Positions 17,785 through 26,478 of a stretch of 37,278 nt of DNA are shown here, in pieces. The notes under the pieces were generated by a model. That model ran no database searches and was not told the DNA's origin. It saw only the letters and a list, made by a program, of their open reading frames with translations. How positions within the stretch are numbered: position 1 is the stretch's first letter; every line of letters starts with the position of its first letter. The translations under genes were made by a program, and so were the position numbers. The DNA comes from Candidatus Rokuibacteriota bacterium (GTDB taxonomy: Bacteria; Methylomirabilota; Methylomirabilia; Rokubacteriales; DASRDR01), in NCBI GenBank assembly GCA_044866005.1, contig JBIOTN010000166.1, positions 1-37,278 of the forward strand, read 5' to 3'.

Positions 17785-17938
17785 TCGGAGGGGGCCGCCG
17801 TGCGTCCGACGGCCTGACAGGACGATGACGTCGACCCATCGACGAACCTCGCGTGGCGAGCGAAGCGCGCCGCGCGGCGGCTTCGAGGCCGCAACCCTCG
17901 GGGGAGGAATCGGAGGGCGCCGCCGGGGCCCCCTCCGA
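17785..17938. repeat. Family B REP-like palindromic element (CGGAGGGGGC...GCCCCCTCCG)
   Basis: TCGGAGGGGGCC (17785-17796) is the exact inverse of GGCCCCCTCCGA (17927-17938); local hairpin 17910-17938; 17861-17938 (rc) resembles 34881-34955. Confidence 0.7.
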
Positions 17939-17946
17939 AACATCTG

Positions 17947-18696
17947 ATGGAGCCGCGCGAGTACGAGCGGAGCTTCGCCCTCGAATCGGGCCACTGGTGG
18001 TTCCGGGCCAAGCGGGCGCTCGTCCTGGCGCTCCTCCGCCGCTACGGGTTCGCCGGGGGTCGCGCCCTCGACCTGGGCTGCGGCACGGGCGGGATGCTCC
18101 AGGCCCTGAGCGGCCACGGGCAGTGGGTGGGAACGGACGCGGCCCCGCTCGCCCTCGCCTTCTGCCGGAAGCGGGGCCTGAGCCGGCTCGTCGAGGCCTC
18201 GGCCACCGCGCTGCCCTTCCGCACGGGCGCCTTCGACGCCTGCCTCTGCCTGGACCTCCTCTACCACCGGGCGGTCGTCTCGGATGTCGCCGCGCTCGCC
18301 GAATGCCACCGGACCCTGAAGGAGGACGGCCTCCTCGTCGTCACGGACTCGGCGCTCCCGTGGCTCCGGTCGTCCCACGACGACGCGGTCCACGGCCTCC
18401 GCCGCTATACCCGCAGGGAGCTCGTCGGACGCGTGCGAGCGGCCGGCTTCACCCCGCTCTTCGCCTCGTACGCCTACTGCCTGGTCTTCCCCGCGGTGGC
18501 CGCCTTCCGTCTCCTGCGCCGGGGAGGCGGGAGGCGCGCGAACGGCGGCTCGGACGTCTTCCCGCTGCCGCGCCTGCTGACCGCGGGCCTCGGGGCCGTC
18601 CAGGCCCTCGAGCGCGGGTTGCTCCGGCTGACGGCCCTTCCCGTCGGCAGCTCCGTCGTGTGCGTGGCGCGCAAGGGAGCGCCGCTCCGCCGGTGA
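17947..18696 (+). CDS. Class I SAM-dependent methyltransferase (type 11)
   Basis: HWWF..KR, LDLGCGTG, LPF...FD..CLDLLYH, HD...HGLRRY, LPVGSS. Confidence 0.88.
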   Translation: MEPREYERSFALESGHWWFRAKRALVLALLRRYGFAGGRALDLGCGTGGMLQALSGHGQWVGTDAAPLALAFCRKRGLSRLVEASATALPFRTGAFDACLCLDLLYHRAVVSDVAALAECHRTLKEDGLLVVTDSALPWLRSSHDDAVHGLRRYTRRELVGRVRAAGFTPLFASYAYCLVFPAVAAFRLLRRGGGRRANGGSDVFPLPRLLTAGLGAVQALERGLLRLTALPVGSSVVCVARKGAPLRR

Positions 18697-19418
18697 CGAC
18701 CGCGGTCGTCCTGCCCACCTACAACGAGCGCACGGTGATCGTCCCGGTCGTGCGCGAGATCCTCGCCGCCGTGCCGGACGCCGAGCTGCTCGTCGTGGAC
18801 GACGACTCGCCCGACCGGACGTGGGACGTGCTGGTCGAGGCCTTCGCCGGCGACCCCCGGACGCGCGTCCTCCGCCGGGTGGGCCGACGCGGCCTGCCGT
18901 CGGCGCTCGCCGAGGGGATCGCGGAGACGGCCGGCGAGGTGGTGGTCTGGCTCGACGCCGACGGCTCCATGCCGGCCGACGTGATCCCTCGGCTGGTGGC
19001 CGCCACGCGGGAGGCCGACGTCGCCGTCGCCTCCCGCTACGCGCCCGGCGGGGCGGACGCCCGCGACTCGCGCCTGCGGGTCCTCGCCTCGCGGGCCATC
19101 AACCTGGTAGGGCGCCTCTGCCTGGCCGGTCCGGTGCGGGACTGGACGTCGGGCTTCGTCGCCGCGCGCCGCGAGGCGCTCCAGCAGGTCCCGCTCCGGA
19201 CGCACTACGTCTACGGGGACTACTGCATCGACTTCCTCCACCGGGCCTGCCGGGCCGGGCTCCGCGTCGTCGAGGTTCCGTACCGGTGCGTCGAGCGGCG
19301 CGGGGGCGAGAGCAAGACCAGCCCCGACCTCGCCCGCTTCACCGCGCTGGGCCTCCGCTACGTGGCCACGATCCTTCAGCTTCGCTGGGACACCCTCTCC
19401 GGGAGGAACCGACCATGA
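18693..19418 (+). CDS. GT2 DPM1/Ppm1-like polyprenol-phosphate sugar synthase
   Basis: VVLPTYNE, VVDDDSPDRT, LDADGS (DxD), ASRY..GG, DWTSGF, R.GGESK; GTGA overlap with the upstream gene. Confidence 0.88.
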   Translation: MTTAVVLPTYNERTVIVPVVREILAAVPDAELLVVDDDSPDRTWDVLVEAFAGDPRTRVLRRVGRRGLPSALAEGIAETAGEVVVWLDADGSMPADVIPRLVAATREADVAVASRYAPGGADARDSRLRVLASRAINLVGRLCLAGPVRDWTSGFVAARREALQQVPLRTHYVYGDYCIDFLHRACRAGLRVVEVPYRCVERRGGESKTSPDLARFTALGLRYVATILQLRWDTLSGRNRP

Positions 19419-20653
19419 TCGAGGAGACCCGGCTGCCCGAGTCGGTGATGGCCGAGCTCGCGAAGATGATCCCGGGCCCCGAGCCGCACCTCGAGGTCCG
19501 GATCCCCCGGATCCCCGTCGCCGAGGAGGCGCTGACACGGCGGATCATCCCGGTGTCCGACCCGAAGCTGGACGGCAACGAGCTGCGGTACCTCACCCAG
19601 TGCATCCAGTCGAACTGGATCTCCTCGGCGGGCCGGTTCGTGCGGGACTTCGAGGAGGCCTTCGCGGCCGCCGTCGGCTGTCGCTTCGGCATCGCGTGCT
19701 CCAACGGCACGACGGCGCTGCACCTCGCGCTGGCCGCCCTCGGGGTCGGGCCGGGCGACGAGGTCATCATCCCGACCTTCACGATGATCGCGACCGCCAA
19801 CGCGGTCCGCTACACGGGCGCGACGCCCGTGCTGGTGGACGCCGAGCGCGCCACCTGGAACTTCGACGTGACGCAGCTCGCGGACAGGGTCACGTCCCGC
19901 ACCCGCGGGATCCTCCTCATCCACACCTACGGACACCCGGCCGACATGAACCCGGTCCTCGACCTGGCCGACCGCCGCGGGCTCTGGGTCGTCGAGGACG
20001 CCGCCGAGGCCCACGGGGCACGGTACAAGGGCCGGCCGGTCGGCAGCCTCAGCCGCGCCGCCTCCTTCTCCTTCTACGCCAACAAGATCATCACGACCGG
20101 CGAGGGGGGCATGGTCACGACCAACGACGTCGAGCTGGCCCGCCTGGCCCGCCGCCTGCGGGATCACGCCTTCTCCGACGAGCGCCACTTCTGGCACAAG
20201 TATCTCGGCTACAATTACCGAATGACCAACCTGCAGGCCGCGGTCGGGCTGGCGCAGACGGAACGCCTGGAGGAGTTCGTGGAGATCCGGCGGCGGAACG
20301 CCGCCCGCTACACGGAGCATCTCGCCAAGGTGCCGGGGCTCACCCTCCCGGTGGAGCGGCCGTGGGCGCGCAACGTGTACTGGATGTACGGGGCGCTCGT
20401 GGAGGACGCCTTCGGCATCTCGCGGGACGCGCTGCGCGCGCGGCTGGCGCGTCGGGGCATCGAGACGCGGACCTTCTTCATCCCCATGCACCTCCAGCCC
20501 ATCTACTACGAGCTCTTCAAGGGCCAGCGCTACCCGGTGGCGGAGGAGCTCTGCCAGCGGGGCCTCTACCTCCCCTCGGGAGCGACCCTCACCGAGGCGG
20601 AGATCGCCTACGTCTGCGACATGGTGCGCGAGGCGCGCGAGGAGGCATTGTGA
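19415..20653 (+). CDS. DegT-family aminotransferase, GDP-perosamine synthase-like, with N-terminal extension
   Basis: IPVSDP, SNWISS.G, SNGTTALHLAL, EDAAEAHG, FSFYANKIITTGEGGM, GYNYRMTNLQAA, LPS; SD GGGAGG. Confidence 0.88.
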   Translation: MIEETRLPESVMAELAKMIPGPEPHLEVRIPRIPVAEEALTRRIIPVSDPKLDGNELRYLTQCIQSNWISSAGRFVRDFEEAFAAAVGCRFGIACSNGTTALHLALAALGVGPGDEVIIPTFTMIATANAVRYTGATPVLVDAERATWNFDVTQLADRVTSRTRGILLIHTYGHPADMNPVLDLADRRGLWVVEDAAEAHGARYKGRPVGSLSRAASFSFYANKIITTGEGGMVTTNDVELARLARRLRDHAFSDERHFWHKYLGYNYRMTNLQAAVGLAQTERLEEFVEIRRRNAARYTEHLAKVPGLTLPVERPWARNVYWMYGALVEDAFGISRDALRARLARRGIETRTFFIPMHLQPIYYELFKGQRYPVAEELCQRGLYLPSGATLTEAEIAYVCDMVREAREEAL

Positions 20654-21750
20654 TTCCGGTCTTCGCCCCATGGCTCTCGGAGAACGTCCGCCGCTACGTG
20701 CTCGACTGCGTCGAGTCGGGGTGGATCTCCTCGCTCGGCGAATACGTCGGGCGCTTCGAGCGCGACTTCGCGCGGTTCTGCGAGGCGCAGCACGCGGTGG
20801 CGACCTCGAACGGCACGACCGCGCTCCACCTGGCCCTCGTCACGCTGGGGCTCGGCCCCGGCGACGAGGTGCTGGTCCCGGACCTCACGTTCGTGGCGAC
20901 GGCGAACGCGGTGCGCTACACCGGGGCGACCCCCGTCTTCGTCGACGCGGACCCCGGGACGTGGACGCTCGACCCGGCGGACGCGCGCCGCAAGCTCACC
21001 GGCCGGACGCGCGCCATCGTTCCGGTCCACCTCTACGGGCACCCGGTGGACCTCGATCCCCTGCTGGCGCTCGCGCGGAGCCACGGACTCGAGGTCGTGG
21101 AGGACGCCGCGGAGGCCCACGGCGCCCGGTACAAGGGCCGGCGGGTCGGCGCGCTCGGCCACCTCGGCGCGTTCTCCTTCTACGGCAACAAGATCATCAC
21201 GACGGGCGAAGGCGGCATGGTGGTCACCAACGACCCCGCCCTCGCCGAGCGCGCGGCCTTCCTCCGCGACCACGCCATGGACCCCAAGCGCCGCTACTAC
21301 CATCCGGAGGTCGGCTTCAACTACCGGATGACGAACATCCAGGCGGCCATCGGCTGCGCCCAGCTCGAGCAGGCCGAGGCGATCCTCGGCCGCCGCAAGG
21401 CGATCGCGGCGGCCTACGAGGCGGGGCTCGCCGACCTCCCCGGGCTCACGCGGCCGCCGGCCCAGGCGTGGGCGGAGAACGTCTACTGGATGTATTCCGT
21501 GCTCGTCGAGCCGGCCTTCGGCCGCGACCGCGACGCCGTCCGCGAAGGGCTCCGGGCGCGCGGGATCGACTCCCGCCCGTTCTTCGTCCCCATCCACGAG
21601 CTGCCGCCCTACCGCTCGGAGGCGCCGTTTCCCGTCGCGAGCCGGCTCGCGCGCACGGGGCTCAACCTCCCGTCCGGGACCGGGCTCGGCCACGAGGAGA
21701 TCGCGCTGGTGTGCCGCGCCCTCCACGAGCTCGTTGTCCCGTGCCGATAA
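20650..21750 (+). CDS. DegT-family aminotransferase, GDP-perosamine synthase-like (paralogue)
   Basis: SGWISS.G, SNGTTALHLAL, EDAAEAHG, FSFYGNKIITTGEGGM, GFNYRMTNIQAA, NLPS; GTG overlaps the upstream TGA, SD GGAGG. Confidence 0.88.
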   Translation: MIPVFAPWLSENVRRYVLDCVESGWISSLGEYVGRFERDFARFCEAQHAVATSNGTTALHLALVTLGLGPGDEVLVPDLTFVATANAVRYTGATPVFVDADPGTWTLDPADARRKLTGRTRAIVPVHLYGHPVDLDPLLALARSHGLEVVEDAAEAHGARYKGRRVGALGHLGAFSFYGNKIITTGEGGMVVTNDPALAERAAFLRDHAMDPKRRYYHPEVGFNYRMTNIQAAIGCAQLEQAEAILGRRKAIAAAYEAGLADLPGLTRPPAQAWAENVYWMYSVLVEPAFGRDRDAVREGLRARGIDSRPFFVPIHELPPYRSEAPFPVASRLARTGLNLPSGTGLGHEEIALVCRALHELVVPCR

Positions 21751-21965
21751 CCGTCGCAATCTTCGTCTCGGCCGGCGCGTCTCGCGCCTGCGGCGCTCGA
21801 TCCGCGGCGGCCTCTGGGCGTCCTGCATCACGGCCGGGACGCGCTCGCCCTGCGGCCTCGCGGCCGTCCCGGCCTCTGCGGTCGTCGGCGGCCCTCAACG
21901 TACGGGGAGTACGCCTCGGGCCGCCTCCTCCCTGCGTCCCGGGGCTGCTCGGTTCTCGGCCCGAC
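21743..21965. repeat. Family C composite palindromic element containing family D and CAACGTAC..GTACG hairpin modules
   Basis: Ends GCCGATAACC (21743-21752) and GGTTCTCGGC (21951-21960) are inverted at 9/10; inner 21826-21881 matches 27594-27649; inner hairpin GGCGGCCC-TCAACGTAC-GGGGA-GTACG-CCTC-GGGCCGCC. Confidence 0.7.
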
Positions 21966-21982
21966 AGAGCTGCGGCGTAACC

Positions 21983-22684
21983 ATGATCTCGGTCGTCCTG
22001 CCGACCTACAACGAGCGCGAGGGGATCGCGGAGCTGTGCGCCGAGATCCTGGCCATCGGGCGCGCGGCCCGGCTCGACCTCGAGGTCGTCGTGGTGGACG
22101 ACGACTCGCCGGACGGCACCGCGGCCCACCTCGCCACGGTCTTCCGGACCGAGCCGGCCGTCCGCCTGCACGTTCGCCGCGGCGAGCGCGGGCTCGCCAG
22201 CGCCATCCACCGCGGCGTGACCGAGGCGCGCGGGGACACGATCGTCATCATGGACTCGGACGGCAACCACGACCCCGCGCTCCTGCCGCTCATGGCCCGC
22301 TGCGCGGAAGAGTTCGACGTGGTCGTGGGCTCGCGCTACGTGCTGGGCGGCGGGATGCTGACCTCGCGCTTCCGCTACTGGGCGTCTTACGCGTTCAACA
22401 TCCTCATCCGGGTCGTCCTCGGCCTCCGCATCCACGACAACCTCTCGGGCTATCTGGCCTTCCGGCGGCCGCTCCTCGCGACCCTCGACGCCGACCGGAT
22501 CTTCCACGGCTACGGGGACTACGCGATCCGGTTCCTCTACCAGGCCGCGCACCGGGGCGGGCGGGTCCTCGAGATCCCGACCGTCTACCGGTTCCGCAAG
22601 GGTGGTGAATCGAAGACTCGCTTCTTCGCGTACTTTTGGACCTACCTCGCGTCGGTCCTCCGCCTGCGCCTGTCCGGCCGGTAG
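21983..22684 (+). CDS. GT2 DPM1/Ppm1-like polyprenol-phosphate sugar synthase
   Basis: MISVVLPTYNE, VVDDDSPDGT, MDSDGNH, GSRYV.GG, DNLSGY, R.GGESK. Confidence 0.88.
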   Translation: MISVVLPTYNEREGIAELCAEILAIGRAARLDLEVVVVDDDSPDGTAAHLATVFRTEPAVRLHVRRGERGLASAIHRGVTEARGDTIVIMDSDGNHDPALLPLMARCAEEFDVVVGSRYVLGGGMLTSRFRYWASYAFNILIRVVLGLRIHDNLSGYLAFRRPLLATLDADRIFHGYGDYAIRFLYQAAHRGGRVLEIPTVYRFRKGGESKTRFFAYFWTYLASVLRLRLSGR

Positions 22685-22862
22685 CGGCCGGCGCTCCTGA
22701 CGCCGTCGCCGGGTGCCAGACGACGCAGACGGTCGGAGCCACACCGTCGCGCTTGAACGTCGCGCGCCGAGCCGCGGCGTGGCGCCGAGCGTCCCCCCCC
22801 GGTCCGGAGGGCCGGGGGACGGGCGCGGAAGCGGCCCGCAAGACCCCCGCCGAGCCCTCGTA

Positions 22863-25559
22863 GTGCGAGACTGGCGGTTCTGGACCCTGCTTGGCCTGTT
22901 CCTGGCCGTCCTCGGGCTCCAGCTCGCGCTCCCCCAGCTCGACTCGGACCAGGCCGTCACGGGGCTCGCCGGCCTCCACGTCCTGCGCGGCGAGTTCCCG
23001 ACCTTCTTCTGGGGGCAGCACCACGCGGGCGTGCCCGAATCCTACGGGGCCGCCGTGACGTTCTTCCTCTTCGGCGTGTCGCGCCTGACGCTCAGCCTCG
23101 TCCCGGCCCTGGCCGCCCTCGGGCTCGTCCTCGCGCTCTACCGCACGGGCGCACTGCTCTTCGGGCACGGCGCGGGGCTCCTGGCCATCCTCTTCGCCAG
23201 CGTGGTCTCGCCGTACGTCGCCTCGCACTACGTGCGCGCCCGGGCCTACTACGTCGAGCACCTCCTGGTCGGCCAGCTCGTCCTGCTGGGCGCGGCGCTC
23301 TGGCTCGCGCGCCCGCTCGGCGAGCCGGCTCGCAGCCGCGCGCTCGTGGCGATGGGGCTGGCCGGCGGCCTCGGATTCTACTTCGGCTTCCAGATCGTCG
23401 GCGCGCTGCTCCCCGCGGCCCTGGCGCTCCTTCTGGTCGATCCACGCCTGCCGCTCCGGCGCGGCGCCTGGCTCGGTCTCGGCGCGTTCGTCGTGGGCAG
23501 CGCCCCCCTCTGGGCCTACAACGCGACGCACGGCTGGGCGACCTTCGCGACCGGCGTGCGCTTCCAGGGCCGCGCCTCCACGGCCGAGGCGGCGCGTGTG
23601 GTGTTCCAGGACCTGGCGCCCGTCGTGCTCGGGATCCAGGAGTACGTCGGGACCCCGCCCTTCCTGCCCTGGCCGCTCGCGCTGGTCGTCCCGGTCGTCG
23701 CGGGCGGGGCCGTCCTCCTGCTCCTCGCACGCGTGGCGCGCGGCGTGGGCCGGCTCCGGCGGGACCCGCCGCTCGCCGGCGAGGCGATGCTCCTCGCTGC
23801 CCTCGCCACCACGGTCGGCGCGGTCTGGTACGGCCGCTACCTCCAGGTGCCGCGCTACCTCGTCCCGCTCGCGCCCGTGCTGGCCCTGGTCCTGGCCCGG
23901 GCCTGCCAGCTCGTCTGGCGCCGCGCCCGCGTCGTGGCGGTCGTCGCCGCGGCGGCCTACCTCGGCGCGGTCGGCGTGGGGTTCGTGCGCGACCTCGGCG
24001 TGCTGCGCCCGGTGAAGCGGGCGCAGTACGCGCGGTCGCGGGCCGCGGACGGGGCGCTCTTCGCCTTCCTCCGCGAACAGGGGCTCACGCGAGCGTACAG
24101 CTACGAGTACTGGCTCGCGCCGCGCCTGACCTTCGACGCGCGGGAAGAGGTCATCGTGGCCGAGCCGTACAACGACCGCCATCCGCCCTACACGCAGGCC
24201 GTGGACGCCGCCCCGCGGCCGGTCTACGTCGTCCGGACCGACGTCGAGCGGTTCCGGCACTGGGTCGGAGCGATGGCCTCCGAGGCGCGGGAGGCGCGGA
24301 TCGGCCCCTACACCCTCTTCTGGGATTTCGCGCCCCCGCCCCCCGTGCAGGCGCTGCCCCGGCGCGGCTTCCGCGTCCGGACGAGCGCCGGCCGGGGCGG
24401 TCCCGACAGCCTCACCGACGGACGGCTCGATACCGGCTGGTCGAGCCCCGGGCCGGCGGCCCCCGCGTGGATCGAGGTGGACCTCGGCGCGCGGCGCCGC
24501 GTCACGGGCGTTACCCTCGTCGCCGACCAGCCGGCGCGCGTCGCGCAGTTCCTCGAGGTCCACGTCCTCGATGCCGGGCCGCCCGGCGTCCCGGTCGGAC
24601 GCCTCGACGGGGCCGGCTTCACGGTGACGTGGCGCAACGGTGCGCTCCGCACGGCGCCCGGTCGCACGCTCACGACGCGCTTCCCGCCGGTCGAGGCCCG
24701 GAGGCTCCGGTTGACGGACAGCCGGCCGAGCGGCAGCTGGGCCGTGACCGAGCTCTTCGTCCTGGCGCCGGCCGCGAGCGACCCGGCACCGCCTGCCGCG
24801 CTCGTCGAGGGCCGCGGGCTCGAAGCCGACGGCGCCATCGGTCCGGCGCTCGTGCGCTATCACGAGGCCATGGCGACGGCGCCCGACGACCCCGAGGGGT
24901 ACGCGGAGTTCGCGCGGCTGGCGGCCGAGGTCGGGCTCCGCGCCGGCCCCCCCCTCCGGCAGGCCCGGCGGTACCTCGAGCTCGGCTTCGCGGACGAGGC
25001 CCGCGCGCTCTACGCGCGCCTGGCCGAGACCCTCGGGCCGGACGTGGTGCACGCGGAGCTGGCTCGCGAGCAGGCGCGGCTGGCCGCCGGGGCGGGGGAC
25101 GGCGGGGAGGCGCGGCGGCTCGAGGCGGCGGGGGCGGGGGCGCTGTCGCCGCGCCATCGGACGGGGGCCACGTTCGGCCGGGTCGTCGAGCTCGCGGGGT
25201 ACGACCTCTCGCCCGTGCGCGTCCGGGCGAGCGAGCCGGTCGAGGTGAGCTATCACTGGCGACTCCTCACGGAGTCGCCGTCTCCGCTCGTGGCCTACGT
25301 CCATTTCCGCGCCGATCGCTTCCAGTTCGGGGACGACCACGGTCTCCCCGATCCGATCCCGGGCCTGGGCCGCCCGCAGCACCTGGTCGAGCGGCGCCGG
25401 GTCGTCGTCCCGCCGGAGGCGCCGCCGGGCGTCTACCGGATCGTCGTCGGCGTGTGGGATCCCCTGTCGCGGTGGCGGGCGCGCCTCTGGTGGCACGGCC
25501 TCCTGCCGACGTTCGACGACACCGTCCAGCTCGGCACGCTCGAGGTGCTGCCCCCGTGA
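22863..25559 (+). CDS. Multi-pass GT-C (ArnT/PMT-like) membrane glycosyltransferase fused to F5/8 type C (discoidin), TPR-like and Ig-like domains
   Basis: DSDQA after TM1, FFWGQ, many TM helices, PRYLVPL; LTDGRLDTGWSS..WIEVDLG..ARRLRL..WAVTEL (F5/8 signature); helical repeats; C-terminal FG..ELAGY..YVH..PPGVYRI.VG.WDP. Start uncertain. Confidence 0.75.
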   Translation: MRDWRFWTLLGLFLAVLGLQLALPQLDSDQAVTGLAGLHVLRGEFPTFFWGQHHAGVPESYGAAVTFFLFGVSRLTLSLVPALAALGLVLALYRTGALLFGHGAGLLAILFASVVSPYVASHYVRARAYYVEHLLVGQLVLLGAALWLARPLGEPARSRALVAMGLAGGLGFYFGFQIVGALLPAALALLLVDPRLPLRRGAWLGLGAFVVGSAPLWAYNATHGWATFATGVRFQGRASTAEAARVVFQDLAPVVLGIQEYVGTPPFLPWPLALVVPVVAGGAVLLLLARVARGVGRLRRDPPLAGEAMLLAALATTVGAVWYGRYLQVPRYLVPLAPVLALVLARACQLVWRRARVVAVVAAAAYLGAVGVGFVRDLGVLRPVKRAQYARSRAADGALFAFLREQGLTRAYSYEYWLAPRLTFDAREEVIVAEPYNDRHPPYTQAVDAAPRPVYVVRTDVERFRHWVGAMASEAREARIGPYTLFWDFAPPPPVQALPRRGFRVRTSAGRGGPDSLTDGRLDTGWSSPGPAAPAWIEVDLGARRRVTGVTLVADQPARVAQFLEVHVLDAGPPGVPVGRLDGAGFTVTWRNGALRTAPGRTLTTRFPPVEARRLRLTDSRPSGSWAVTELFVLAPAASDPAPPAALVEGRGLEADGAIGPALVRYHEAMATAPDDPEGYAEFARLAAEVGLRAGPPLRQARRYLELGFADEARALYARLAETLGPDVVHAELAREQARLAAGAGDGGEARRLEAAGAGALSPRHRTGATFGRVVELAGYDLSPVRVRASEPVEVSYHWRLLTESPSPLVAYVHFRADRFQFGDDHGLPDPIPGLGRPQHLVERRRVVVPPEAPPGVYRIVVGVWDPLSRWRARLWWHGLLPTFDDTVQLGTLEVLPP

Positions 25560-26437
25560 CGGCGGGCGCCGGCGCGATCCTCCTGCTGGGGGCGAGCGGG
25601 CAGCTCGGCGCGGACCTCGCCCGCGCGCTGGCGGGGCCGCGGCTCGTCCCGCTGACCCGGCGCGAGCTCGACGTCACGGACGGGCCGGCCGTGGAGCGGA
25701 CCGTGGCCCGCCACCGACCCGCCGTCGTGGTCAACACCGCGGCCGTCCACCGGGTGGACGAGATCGAAGGCGACCCGCGCGCGGCGTTCGCGGTGAACGC
25801 GCTCGCAGTGCACCAGCTCGCCCGCGTCGCGGAGCGGCACGGCGCCCGCCTGGTCCACTTCAGCACGGACTACGTCTTCGGGGGCGCGGGGCCCGGGCCC
25901 TTCACGGAGGACGCGCCGCCCGCCCCCCTGAACGCCTACGGGGTCTCCAAGCTCGCGGGGGAGCTGCTCGTCCGCGGCGCGGGCGCGCGCCACCTCGTCG
26001 TCCGCAGCTCGGGCCTGTACGGCGTCGCGGGCTCCAGCGGCAAGGGCGGGAACTTCGTCGAGACGATGCTGCGCCTGGCCGGCGAGGGCAAGCCGATCCG
26101 CGTCGTCGCGGACCAGGTCCTGGCGCCCACCTACACGGCGGACCTCGCGGAGGCCGTCGCGCGCCTGCTCGCCGCCGACCCGCCCGGCGGCGTCTATCAT
26201 CTCGCCAACGGCGGCGCGTGCTCCTGGTTCGAGTTCGCGCGCCGGATCTTCCAGCGCTGCGGCCGCACACCGGACCTCGCGCCCACGACGACCGCGGCGT
26301 TCGGCGCGCCCGCCCGGCGGCCGGCCAACTCGGTGCTGGTGAGCGCGCGGCTCGCCACGCTGGGGCTCCCGCCGCTCCGGCCCTGGCCGGACGCCCTCGA
26401 CGCCTACCTGCGCGCCAAGGGGCACCTCCGAGCGTAG
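25556..26437 (+). CDS. rfbD: dTDP-4-dehydrorhamnose reductase (RmlD family)
   Basis: GASGQLG, NTAA...VD, FSTDYVF, PLNAYGVSKLAGE, NFV.TMLRL, DQ...PTY, SWFEFA, RP.NS.L. Confidence 0.9.
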   Translation: MTAGAGAILLLGASGQLGADLARALAGPRLVPLTRRELDVTDGPAVERTVARHRPAVVVNTAAVHRVDEIEGDPRAAFAVNALAVHQLARVAERHGARLVHFSTDYVFGGAGPGPFTEDAPPAPLNAYGVSKLAGELLVRGAGARHLVVRSSGLYGVAGSSGKGGNFVETMLRLAGEGKPIRVVADQVLAPTYTADLAEAVARLLAADPPGGVYHLANGGACSWFEFARRIFQRCGRTPDLAPTTTAAFGAPARRPANSVLVSARLATLGLPPLRPWPDALDAYLRAKGHLRA

Positions 26438-26472
26438 CGGCGGAAGCGGAGCGGTCGCTCCCCCGCGGGAGG

Positions 26473-26478
26473 TATAAT
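26473..26478 (+). promoter_or_regulatory. Consensus -10 hexamer before the radical SAM gene
   Basis: TATAAT 7 nt upstream of an in-frame GTG (26486); overlaps the alternative ATG 26477. Confidence 0.45.

Noticed and set aside
21743..21960. Family C as integron attC sites (TAAC overlapping a stop codon, GTT at the far end)
   Set aside because: The ends do not fit RYYYAAC/GTTRRRY, there is no integrase or cassette array, and the flanking genes are coupled pathway genes.
22685..22862. GC-rich gap with a C8 run and the hairpin GTCCCCC..GGGGGAC upstream of the GT-C fusion
   Set aside because: Single copy, upstream of the likely start; no evidence for phase variation or a riboswitch.
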